Both the position numbers and the translations under genes were made by a program. This document shows positions 17,487-25,398 of a DNA stretch of 33,674 nt, in pieces; position 1 is the first letter of the stretch, and every line of letters starts with the position of its first letter. The notes under the pieces were generated by a model, which ran no database searches, was not told where the DNA came from, and saw only the letters and a program-made list of their open reading frames with translations. The DNA is from Prevotella sp. (GTDB lineage Bacteria > Bacteroidota > Bacteroidia > Bacteroidales > Bacteroidaceae): positions 1 to 33,674 of the forward strand of contig JAFLSH010000001.1 in NCBI GenBank assembly GCA_022511055.1, read 5' to 3'.

Positions 17487-18124
17487 GTGTCTTCGATGCC
17501 CGCCTCGGCCAGCGCTTCCCGGCGTTCAACGCAGGTGCCGCACTTGCCGCAGTGGTGCTGACCGCCGCGGTAGCACGACCAGGTCTCAGCATAGTTGATG
17601 CCCAGCTCGCGCCCGCGCGCCGCAATCTGCCCTTTGGTCAAATGGGTGAAGGGGCAAACCAGGGTGATGCCTGGATAAGTGCCTGTCTCGGCGGCACGGC
17701 TCATGGCCTCGACAAACTCCGGGCGGCAATCGGGATAGATGGTGTGGTCTCCCCCGTGATTGGCCATCATGACGTGCTTCAGCCCGCGGCTCTCCGCCAT
17801 GCCGATGGCCACGCTGAGCATGATGCCGTTGCGGAAGGGAACGACCGTAGAGCGCATGTTCTCATCGGCATAGTGGCCTTCGGGAATCGCCTGGTCGCCT
17901 TGCAGCAGCGAACTCTGGAAGTAGCGGTGCATGAAGTCGAGCGGAATGACAATGTGTTCGATGCCCAACCGCTGGCAGTGCAGCCGGGCGAAGGCAATCT
18001 CACGGGCATTGTGGTTTGACCCGTAGTTGAACGACAAGGCCAGCGCGATGCGCTCGCGCTGGTCATAGAGGAGGGTCGTGGAGTCCATGCCCCCACTCAG
18101 AATCAGAATAGAATCTTTATCCAT
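17465..18124 (-). CDS. queC: 7-cyano-7-deazaguanine (preQ0) synthase
   Basis: SGGMDS PP-loop, VVPFRNGIML, YPDCRPEF, and the zinc motif TWSCY...HCGKCGTCVER. Confidence 0.96.
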   Translation of the reverse strand: MDKDSILILSGGMDSTTLLYDQRERIALALSFNYGSNHNAREIAFARLHCQRLGIEHIVIPLDFMHRYFQSSLLQGDQAIPEGHYADENMRSTVVPFRNGIMLSVAIGMAESRGLKHVMMANHGGDHTIYPDCRPEFVEAMSRAAETGTYPGITLVCPFTHLTKGQIAARGRELGINYAETWSCYRGGQHHCGKCGTCVERREALAEAGIEDTTVYENA

Positions 18125-18162
18125 AGGAAACGGCTCAATGCGGGAAACGCCCGCCTGCTCTC

Positions 18163-18534
18163 TTATTTGGCGGCGATGACCTCTATCTCGACCAGCGCCC
18201 CCTTGGGCAAGTCGCGCACGGCAAAGGCGCTGCGTGCGGGGAACGGCGCTGCGAACAGCTCGGCATAGACCTCATTCATCGGGCCGAAGTTCTGAATGTC
18301 AGACAGCAGCACCGTGGTCTTGACCACGTTGCACAAATCCAGCCCCGCTTCGCGCAGTATGGCCTGCGCGTTGAGCAGCGACTGGCGGGTCTGCGCCTTG
18401 ATGTCTGCCGGCATCTCGCCTGTCTCCGGGTTGATGGGCAGCTGCCCACTACAGTAAACGAAGCCCCCCGCCTCGATGGCCTGACTGTATGGGCCGATGG
18501 CTGCCGGAGCATTGTTGGTTGCAATTTGTTTCAT
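18163..18534 (-). CDS. ridA: RidA/YjgF/UK114 family reactive-intermediate deaminase
   Basis: APAAIGPYSQA, SGQLP, VVKTTV, PARSAFAV and LPKGALVEIE. Start 18534 (alternative 18555); -7 box TAACTTTG at 18578-18571. Confidence 0.92.
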   Translation of the reverse strand: MKQIATNNAPAAIGPYSQAIEAGGFVYCSGQLPINPETGEMPADIKAQTRQSLLNAQAILREAGLDLCNVVKTTVLLSDIQNFGPMNEVYAELFAAPFPARSAFAVRDLPKGALVEIEVIAAK

Positions 18535-18785
18535 TTTCTTTTCGGTATTGACCATTGTACTTTGTGGCTGCAAAGTTACAAAGAATCGCTGTAACAATCC
18601 GCAGGCGGCAACATTTTTTAACGAAGATTTCTGCGATGCCCCGCAAATGCGCGTGGCAGCATGCGCCGCTGGAATGTGGTTGGCAATCGGCTGTTTTTGC
18701 AAACTCCGCCTTACATTATAATAGCGAGTTCGCAAAAAAGTTTTAAATTATCGGCAGACAGTGTTCGTTTTTCAATAAAATATTG

Positions 18786-18793
18786 TAATTTTG
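18786..18793 (+). promoter_or_regulatory. -7 promoter element for pgk
   Basis: TAATTTTG 50 nt upstream of the pgk ATG, followed by an A-rich leader. Confidence 0.6.
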
Positions 18794-18843
18794 TGCCTAA
18801 ATTTGAAAATAGGAACGAAAAAATAAAAATTGTAATTACAACT

Positions 18844-20115
18844 ATGACAATCAACGAATTCAATTTTGCCGGTAAGAAGGCAATCGTGCGCGTTGACTTC
18901 AACGTGCCCCTGGATGAGAATGGTAAGATTACTGACGACACCCGCATCCGCGGTGCCCTGCCCACGCTCAAGAAGATTCTGGCAGACGGTGGTGCAACCA
19001 TCATTATGTCGCACATGGGCAAGCCCAAAGGCAAGGTGAATCCGAAGCTGTCGCTCGGCCAGATTCGCGAGGCTGTGGAGAAGGCACTTGGCGTGCCCGT
19101 TAGCTTTGCTGCCGACTGCGCCAAGGCTGCCGATGCTGCCAAGGCTCTGAAGATGGGCGAGGCCCTGTTGCTGGAGAATCTGCGCTACTATCCCGAAGAG
19201 GAGGGCAAGCCTGTTGGCGTAGAGAAGGGTACTCCCGAATATGACGAGGCCAAGAAGGCCATGAAGACCAGCCAGAAGGAGTTTGCCAAGACACTGGCCT
19301 CATACGCTGACGTATATGTGATGGATGCCTTCGGCACCGCTCACCGCAAGCACGCCTCTACGGCTGTCATTGCCGACTATTTCGATGCCGACCACAAGAT
19401 GCTGGGTCTGCTGATGGAGAAGGAAGTGCAGGCTGTGGACAATGTGCTGTCAAACATCAAGCGCCCCTTCGTGGCCATCATGGGTGGCTCGAAGGTCAGC
19501 TCAAAGATTGGCATTATCGAAAACCTGTTGGGCAAGGTCGACAAGCTCATCCTCTGCGGTGGCATGACCTATACGTTCTCGAAGGCTCACGGCGGCGAGA
19601 TTGGTAACTCTATCGTTGAGCTTGACAAGTTAGACGTGGCTCTCGGCGTGGAGGAGCTGGCCAAGAAGAACGGCGTGGAGCTGGTGCTGGGCAGCGACTG
19701 CACAGCCACCAACGGCCTGGACTTCGGCACGATGACCGTGAAGCCCGGCGCAGAGATTGTGACCTGCCCCGCCAACAACGTGCCCGCAGGCTTTGAGGGC
19801 GTTGATGCCGGCCCCGAGAGCCAGAAGGCATTTGCCGAGGCCATCAGCGGTGCTAAGACCATCCTGTGGAACGGCCCTGCCGGCGTGTTCGAGTGCGACA
19901 GCTTCACGGCTGGTAGCCGCGCCATCGGCGAGGCTATTGCCAAGGCAACAGCCGAGGGTGCATTCTCACTGATTGGCGGTGGCGACTCTGTGGCTTGTGT
20001 CAACAAGTTCGGACTGGCCGACCAGGTGAGCTATATCTCTACCGGCGGTGGCGCTCTGCTTGAGGCCATCGAGGGCAAGGTGCTTCCCGGTGTGGCAGCT
20101 ATCAAAGGCGAGTAA
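18844..20115 (+). CDS. pgk: Phosphoglycerate kinase
   Basis: [52 protein letters not shown] and STGGGA. Start reassigned to 18844. Confidence 0.98.
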   Translation: MTINEFNFAGKKAIVRVDFNVPLDENGKITDDTRIRGALPTLKKILADGGATIIMSHMGKPKGKVNPKLSLGQIREAVEKALGVPVSFAADCAKAADAAKALKMGEALLLENLRYYPEEEGKPVGVEKGTPEYDEAKKAMKTSQKEFAKTLASYADVYVMDAFGTAHRKHASTAVIADYFDADHKMLGLLMEKEVQAVDNVLSNIKRPFVAIMGGSKVSSKIGIIENLLGKVDKLILCGGMTYTFSKAHGGEIGNSIVELDKLDVALGVEELAKKNGVELVLGSDCTATNGLDFGTMTVKPGAEIVTCPANNVPAGFEGVDAGPESQKAFAEAISGAKTILWNGPAGVFECDSFTAGSRAIGEAIAKATAEGAFSLIGGGDSVACVNKFGLADQVSYISTGGGALLEAIEGKVLPGVAAIKGE

Positions 20116-20139
20116 AACTAATTAATCAATCAATATGGG

Positions 20140-20180
20140 GAGCTGTGCATGGCTTTTATGCTGTGTGCAGCTCTTTTTTT
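20140..20180 (+). terminator. Intrinsic terminator after pgk
   Basis: GAGCTGTGCATGGC-TTTTAT-GCTGTGTGCAGCTC (14 bp including G-U pairs), followed by T7. Confidence 0.85.
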
Positions 20181-20211
20181 GTATGGTCTCTTTTGGGCGG
20201 GGGCGGTTTTC

Positions 20212-20349
20212 TCACGCGCGCGCGTAATAGTAGCCAATCAAGCTGAACACCCCACACCCCCGACACCCCCAACACCCAACTTGGGTGTCGGGGGTGTTGA
20301 GGGTGCAGGGCAGTAACCGTGTTTCACTACTATATATATGCGCGCGTGA
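20212..20349. repeat. Palindromic element 1 (MITE/REP-like): imperfect terminal inverted repeats around a 25-bp-arm palindrome
   Basis: Ends TCACGCGCGC..ATAGTAG (20212-20233) / CTACTAT..GCGCGCGTGA (20327-20349); core arms 20255-20279 / 20281-20305 are 22/25 complementary. Confidence 0.7.
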
Positions 20350-20377
20350 ATGGAGGCTAATCGGGTGTGGGGTGGTC

Positions 20378-20662
20378 GTCGCTGGTGGTCATTTCGGGAG
20401 TAATGGCTAACGGAAAGGGTAGGTTTTGTAGGTGTGGCAGGTTTAGTAGGTGTAGTTGGGGAGTTTCGGGAAAAACTCACGGAGTATTTCCCAAAACTCA
20501 TGGAGTATTTTTCAAAACTCACGGAGTAATTTTTCTAAAGTGCCGCTTTTTTCCCGAAACTCACGGAGTATTTTCCGAAACTCACGGCGTTTTTGGGGAA
20601 ATATCAGCTCCCTAATCAGCCCTGCTACACCTACCAAGCCTACTCTACTCCCGACCGGCGAC
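20378..20662. repeat. Palindromic element 2: long imperfect inverted repeat built of 9-bp units, enclosing a tandem array
   Basis: Four nested helices: 20378-20386/20654-20662, 20395-20402/20646-20653, 20417-20441/20621-20645 and 20456-20465/20606-20615. Confidence 0.75.
20473..20598 (+). repeat. 21-bp-period tandem repeat, core AAACTCACGGAGTA
   Basis: Cores start at 20473, 20494, 20515, 20557 and 20578; one degenerate unit at ~20536 keeps the 21-bp phase. Confidence 0.9.
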
Positions 20663-20670
20663 AGGACTCT

Positions 20671-20707
20671 GCCCCCGCTGCCGCCAAGAGGGGCTTTTTT
20701 GTTTTTT
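20671..20707 (+). terminator. Terminator-like hairpin closing the structured intergenic element
   Basis: GCCCC (20671-20675) / GGGGC (20690-20694) followed by TTTTTTGTTTTTT; the stem is short and the loop large. Confidence 0.4.
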
Positions 20708-20718
20708 CTTGCGAAATC

Positions 20719-20750
20719 TTTGGAAGTTTCAACTAATTGTAGTACCTTTG
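20719..20750 (+). promoter_or_regulatory. PUL promoter
   Basis: TTTG (20719-20722), a 20-nt spacer, then TACCTTTG (20743-20750): full consensus. Confidence 0.75.
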
Positions 20751-20832
20751 TAACCGCAAGTTTTGAAAGCCGGCGGGTCGTGAAGACTCTATGGCTACAC
20801 AGAAAGATACTGATAACTATAACAGAGCAAAC

Positions 20833-22113
20833 ATGAAACAATTTATTCTGACCTTTCTTTCCCTCGTGGCCACCCTTGCTGCCGTGGCTCAGACTTCATT
20901 CGTAACCGCCAAAGACGGCCATTTCGTCAGAGATGGGCGCCCTTACTATTATGTGGGTACTAACTTCTGGTATGGCGCCATCCTCGGCTCTGAAGGGCAG
21001 GGCGGCGACCGCAAGCGCCTCTGCCGCGAACTGGATGAGATGAAGCGCATGGGCATTGACAACCTGCGAATCCTCGTCGGCTCTGATGGCGAGCGGGGTG
21101 TCAAGACCAAGGTCGAGCCCACTTTGCAGATAAGGCCCGGCGTGTATAACGATACCATCCTGGCCGGTCTGGACTATCTGATGCAGGAGATGGGCAAGCG
21201 CAAGATGGTGGCGGTGCTTTACCTGAACAACTCGTGGGAGTGGAGTGGGGGATATGGCTACTATCTGGAACAGGCAGGGGCCGGCAAGCAGCCCCGTCCT
21301 GATGATGCGGGCTACCCGGCGTTCATGGCGGCTATGGCCAAGTATGCCACGAATGAGCGGGCGCACCAGCTGTTCTATGACTATGTGCGCTTCATCATCG
21401 GCCGCACCAACCGCTACACGGGGCTGAAGTACACAGACGACCCCGCCATCATGTCGTGGCAGATAGGCAACGAGCCGCGCGCCTTCTCGACCGAGGCGCT
21501 GCCGGCATTCGAGAAGTGGCTCGCCGAAGCCTCGGCGCTGATTCGCTCGCTGGACAGGAATCACCTGATTTCCGTCGGCAGTGAGGGCTCGTGGGGGTGC
21601 GAGAACGACTATGCCTCATACGAGCGCATCTGCGCCGACCCCAACATCGACTATTGCAACATCCACCTCTGGCCCTACAACTGGTCGTGGGCGCGTAAGG
21701 ACCATTTGATAGAAGACCTTGGCATCAGTTGCCAGAACACAAAGGATTATATCGACAAGCACCTGGCCATCTGCGACCGTCTGAACAAGCCCCTCGTCAT
21801 GGAAGAGTTCGGCTATCCCCGCGATGGCTTCGTCTACACGCCGGGCTCGCCGACCAAGGGGCGCGATGGCTATTACCAGTACGTGTTCTCGCTCGTGGCC
21901 GACAATGCCGAGCAGGGCGGCAAGTTTGCTGGCTGCAACTTCTGGGGCTGGGGCGGTTTTGCCCGCCCACTGCACGAGCAGTGGCAGGTGGGCGACCCCT
22001 ATACCAACGACCCTGCACAGGAAGCCCAGGGGCTGAACTCTGTGTTCTCGTGCGATAAGTCCACGCTGCGCGTGGTGCGCCAGCAGGTAAACCGCATGAA
22101 GCGGGTGAAATAG
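20833..22113 (+). CDS. GH5 beta-mannanase/mannosidase (GH5_7-like), signal peptide I
   Basis: YYVGTNFWYG, NNSWEWSGG, WQIGNEPR (acid/base), IHLWPYNW, MEEFGYPRD (nucleophile) and NFWGWGG. Start reassigned to 20833. Confidence 0.88.
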   Translation: MKQFILTFLSLVATLAAVAQTSFVTAKDGHFVRDGRPYYYVGTNFWYGAILGSEGQGGDRKRLCRELDEMKRMGIDNLRILVGSDGERGVKTKVEPTLQIRPGVYNDTILAGLDYLMQEMGKRKMVAVLYLNNSWEWSGGYGYYLEQAGAGKQPRPDDAGYPAFMAAMAKYATNERAHQLFYDYVRFIIGRTNRYTGLKYTDDPAIMSWQIGNEPRAFSTEALPAFEKWLAEASALIRSLDRNHLISVGSEGSWGCENDYASYERICADPNIDYCNIHLWPYNWSWARKDHLIEDLGISCQNTKDYIDKHLAICDRLNKPLVMEEFGYPRDGFVYTPGSPTKGRDGYYQYVFSLVADNAEQGGKFAGCNFWGWGGFARPLHEQWQVGDPYTNDPAQEAQGLNSVFSCDKSTLRVVRQQVNRMKRVK

Positions 22114-22163
22114 CCCCGTGACCCTGCGCCTGACAAGAAAAGAACGAACAATCAAAATTAATA

Positions 22164-25100
22164 ATGCGTATGAAGAAAACATGCTCAAGTCTGAGCCTGA
22201 AGCTGGCGCGTGGCTGGTGTCTGGCTCTGATGCTGTTGCTGCTGCCCCTGTCTGCCCTTGCGCAGAACATTGAGGTCAGCGGCCATGTGACCGACAAGGC
22301 TACCGGCGAGGAAATCATCGGGGCTACGGTCAAGGTGAAAGGAGCTGCCGGCGGTACGATTACCGACTTCGAAGGCAACTACAAACTGTCTGTCAGACAA
22401 GGCTCGACCCTGGAGTTCTCCTATGTCGGCTACAAGACAAAGACGGTTGCCGCCCGCGCCGGCCAGCTGAATGTACAGATGGAAGAAGACATCAACATGC
22501 TCGACCAGGTGGTGGTGGTGGGCTACGGCGTGATGAAGCGCTCAGACCTGACCGGCTCCGTGTCGAGCATCGGCGAAGATGAAATCAAGCAGGGTGTCAA
22601 CGTCAATATCGAGCAGGCCATGCAGGGCCGCATCGCCGGTGTGCAGGTAACGCAGAACTCCGGCGCGCCCGGCGGCGGCATCTCGGTGCAGATTCGCGGT
22701 ATCAACTCGCTGAACGGCAACGAGCCGCTCTATGTCATTGATGGCATTGCCGTCTCGGGGCAGACCGATGGCAATTCCAGCGCGCTCAGCTCGCTGAATC
22801 CCAGTGACATCGTCTCGCTCGAAGTGCTGAAAGATGCCTCGGCCACGGCCATCTACGGCTCGCGCGCATCGAATGGCGTGGTGCTGATTACCACCAAGCG
22901 CGGGCAGGCAGGCAAGCCGAAGCTGACCTACGAGGGCTACGTGGGGTGGCAGCAGCTGCCGGCGCAGCTCGATGTCATGAATCTGGAGCAGTACGCCGAG
23001 TACCACACCATACGCGCCAAGCTGATGGGGTGGGGCGAGAGCTACGAATACCGTGACCCCTCGCTCTTCACCGAAGGCACCGACTGGCAAGATGTGCTGT
23101 TCCGCAGCGCGTTCATGCACAACCATCAGGTGGGCATCTCCGGCGGTACGGAGAACATGCACTACGCCCTCTCCGGCGGCTATCTTGACCAGGATGGTAT
23201 AGCCATCGGGTCGAGCTTCAACCGTAAGTCTTTCCGCGCCAACTTCGATACCAATATCACAGACTGGCTGCAGGTGGGCGTGAACGGCTATTACGCCAAC
23301 ACAGACCGCACGGTGACCTTCGAGGAGACGGGAGCCATACAGACCGCCCTGAACCAGTACCCTGATGTGGCGCCATACAATCCTGATGGCTCGTTGGGCT
23401 TCGGCGAAACGCACGAGTACCAGTACCAGTCGAATCCGCTGTTCGAGGCTTCCATGAAAGACAACTGGCAGAAGAACAACGAGCTGAACTACAACTTCTT
23501 TGCCAACATCATGCCGCTGAAGGGGCTGACCCTGCGCATTGAGTACGGCGGCAGCCGCTCGTGGGGCAACTCGCTCTACTTCACGCCCGCCTACAGCTAT
23601 GGCAACGTGGTCGTAGAGTCTGAGCTGTCGAAGTCTAATTCGCGTAACACCTACGAGTCGTTCAAGCAATACGCCACCTACGATTTCGACCTGCTCCGTG
23701 GCCATCACTTCCAGCTGATGGCCGGCCATGAGAGCCAGGAAGGCGAGTGGAATCAGCTGGGTGCGGCGCGCAACGGCTACATCTCCAGTGCCATTAAGAG
23801 CCTCGGCGTTGGCGACCCCAACACCATGACCAACAGCGAGCAGGGCAATGACTGGGCTATCGAGTCATACTACGGCCGTCTCAACTACAACTTGCTTGAC
23901 CGCTACCTGCTGACCGCCACGCTGCGTGCCGATGGCTCTTCCCACTTTGCCAAGGGCCACAAGTGGGGCTACTTCCCCTCGGCGGCTGTCGCCTGGCGCA
24001 TCAGTCAGGAGCCGTTCATGGAGAAAGTGGAGTGGGTCGACAACCTGAAGCTCCGCCTGGGCTGGGGTCATGTGGGTAACCAGAACACGCCCGACTATGT
24101 CTACGGCACGGCCATGAAGACCGTAACGACTGCCAACGGCACGGGCTATTTCCCCGCCCGCTACCCGAACTCCGAGGTGGAGTGGGAGAGTACCAAGGCT
24201 TGGAACGTCGGTATAGACCTGAACGTGCTGAAGGGGCGCATCGAGTTCATTGTCGATGCCTACCTGAAGAACACGGATAACCTGCTCTTGGAAGCGGCTC
24301 TGCCGCAGTACTTAGTGCCTAACCAGTCGTGGTACGGCATTGCTCCGCCCTTCGTGAACGCCGGTGCCATAGAGAACAAGGGTGTTGAGTTCACGCTGAA
24401 CACGGTGAACGTGAAAACCAAGGACTGGGAGTGGCGCACCGGCCTTACGGTGAGCATCAACCGAAACAAGGTAACGGCGCTGAACAGTGAGAGCGCCATG
24501 CTGCCGGGTACTATGCCAGACAGCAATACCTACACCATGTCGAAGGTGGGGCAGCCCGTCGGTCGCTTCTATGGCTACAACGTGATTGGCATGTACACCT
24601 GTGAAGATGACTTCTATCAGAAGAATCAGCTGGGCGAGTTCATGCTCGACCAGAATGGCAACCGCATAGCCGTGCCGCGCCCCGGCCCCGAGAATGATGA
24701 CACCATGTATGACATTGCACCGAACAGCATCTGGGTGGGTGACTACATCTTCGAAGATGTCAATGGTGATGGGAAAATCACTTCGGCAGACCGCAAGTAC
24801 ATTGGCGACCCGAATCCTGACTTCACCTTCGGTATCAACAACGTCATCACCTGGAAAGACTTTGAACTGTCGTTCTTCTTCAACGGCAGCGTGGGCAATG
24901 ATGTCTATAACTACGTGCGCCAGCGCCATACCGACCCGATGGGGTGGGGTAACAAGATGGCCGAAGTGGCTGACTATGCGCGTGTTGAGATGAAAGACCC
25001 GAATGGCTCGCTGACCGACCTGTCAAACGTCTACGTTGCCAATCCCACAACGGCAAAGGTGCAGCGCATCACGGCTAACGGGCAGAACATGAACGATAAC

Positions 25101-25376
25101 AACCGCCCCAGCTCGCGCTTTGTCGAAGATGGCTCGTACATCCGGCTGAAGACCCTTTCGCTGGCTTACAACCTGCCGAAGAAGTGGCTCAGGCCGCTGA
25201 AGCTCGACTGGGTGCAGGTCTATGCCAACGCGCAGAACTTGTTTACCATCACGGGCTACACGGGCTATGACCCCGAACTGGGTGCCATCAACCAGAACGT
25301 GAAGCTGCAGGGGCTTGACAACTATCGCTATCCCTCGCAGCGCATCTTCAACTTTGGTCTAAAAGTGAGTCTATAA
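22164..25376 (+). CDS. susC: SusC/RagA-family TonB-dependent transporter
   Basis: CarboxypepD-like N-domain, VVVVGYG, LNPSDIVSLEVLKDASATAIYGSRASNGVVLITTKRG, RADGSSHF and VEDGSYIRLK. Confidence 0.96.
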   Translation: MRMKKTCSSLSLKLARGWCLALMLLLLPLSALAQNIEVSGHVTDKATGEEIIGATVKVKGAAGGTITDFEGNYKLSVRQGSTLEFSYVGYKTKTVAARAGQLNVQMEEDINMLDQVVVVGYGVMKRSDLTGSVSSIGEDEIKQGVNVNIEQAMQGRIAGVQVTQNSGAPGGGISVQIRGINSLNGNEPLYVIDGIAVSGQTDGNSSALSSLNPSDIVSLEVLKDASATAIYGSRASNGVVLITTKRGQAGKPKLTYEGYVGWQQLPAQLDVMNLEQYAEYHTIRAKLMGWGESYEYRDPSLFTEGTDWQDVLFRSAFMHNHQVGISGGTENMHYALSGGYLDQDGIAIGSSFNRKSFRANFDTNITDWLQVGVNGYYANTDRTVTFEETGAIQTALNQYPDVAPYNPDGSLGFGETHEYQYQSNPLFEASMKDNWQKNNELNYNFFANIMPLKGLTLRIEYGGSRSWGNSLYFTPAYSYGNVVVESELSKSNSRNTYESFKQYATYDFDLLRGHHFQLMAGHESQEGEWNQLGAARNGYISSAIKSLGVGDPNTMTNSEQGNDWAIESYYGRLNYNLLDRYLLTATLRADGSSHFAKGHKWGYFPSAAVAWRISQEPFMEKVEWVDNLKLRLGWGHVGNQNTPDYVYGTAMKTVTTANGTGYFPARYPNSEVEWESTKAWNVGIDLNVLKGRIEFIVDAYLKNTDNLLLEAALPQYLVPNQSWYGIAPPFVNAGAIENKGVEFTLNTVNVKTKDWEWRTGLTVSINRNKVTALNSESAMLPGTMPDSNTYTMSKVGQPVGRFYGYNVIGMYTCEDDFYQKNQLGEFMLDQNGNRIAVPRPGPENDDTMYDIAPNSIWVGDYIFEDVNGDGKITSADRKYIGDPNPDFTFGINNVITWKDFELSFFFNGSVGNDVYNYVRQRHTDPMGWGNKMAEVADYARVEMKDPNGSLTDLSNVYVANPTTAKVQRITANGQNMNDNNRPSSRFVEDGSYIRLKTLSLAYNLPKKWLRPLKLDWVQVYANAQNLFTITGYTGYDPELGAINQNVKLQGLDNYRYPSQRIFNFGLKVSL

Positions 25377-25398
25377 CCTGAAATCAAGATATTGCATT

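Noticed and set aside
18125-18162. preQ1 riboswitch upstream of queC
   Set aside because: The gap is only 38 nt and lacks the preQ1-I stem and A-rich tail; queC appears co-transcribed with ridA.
18701-18730. dif/XerCD site around ATTATAAT
   Set aside because: There is no TTATGTTAAAT-like XerD arm and no 11-6-11 layout.
20473-20598. CRISPR array
   Set aside because: The units are directly adjacent 21-mers with no unique 25-45 nt spacers, and no cas genes are in the window.
20238-20841. Short ORFs on both strands of the pgk-GH5 intergenic region (heptad NSRSIF / KTHGVF repeats, PATPTKPT)
   Set aside because: They are by-products of 21-bp and 9-bp repeats (multiples of 3); the same peptide appears on both strands because of the inverted repeat, and there are no convincing start signals.
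22542-23729. 395-aa antisense ORF inside susC (and similar ones at 10411-11388 and 28883-29689)
   Set aside because: These are antisense-frame shadows of strongly biased coding sequence, with no protein-like signatures.
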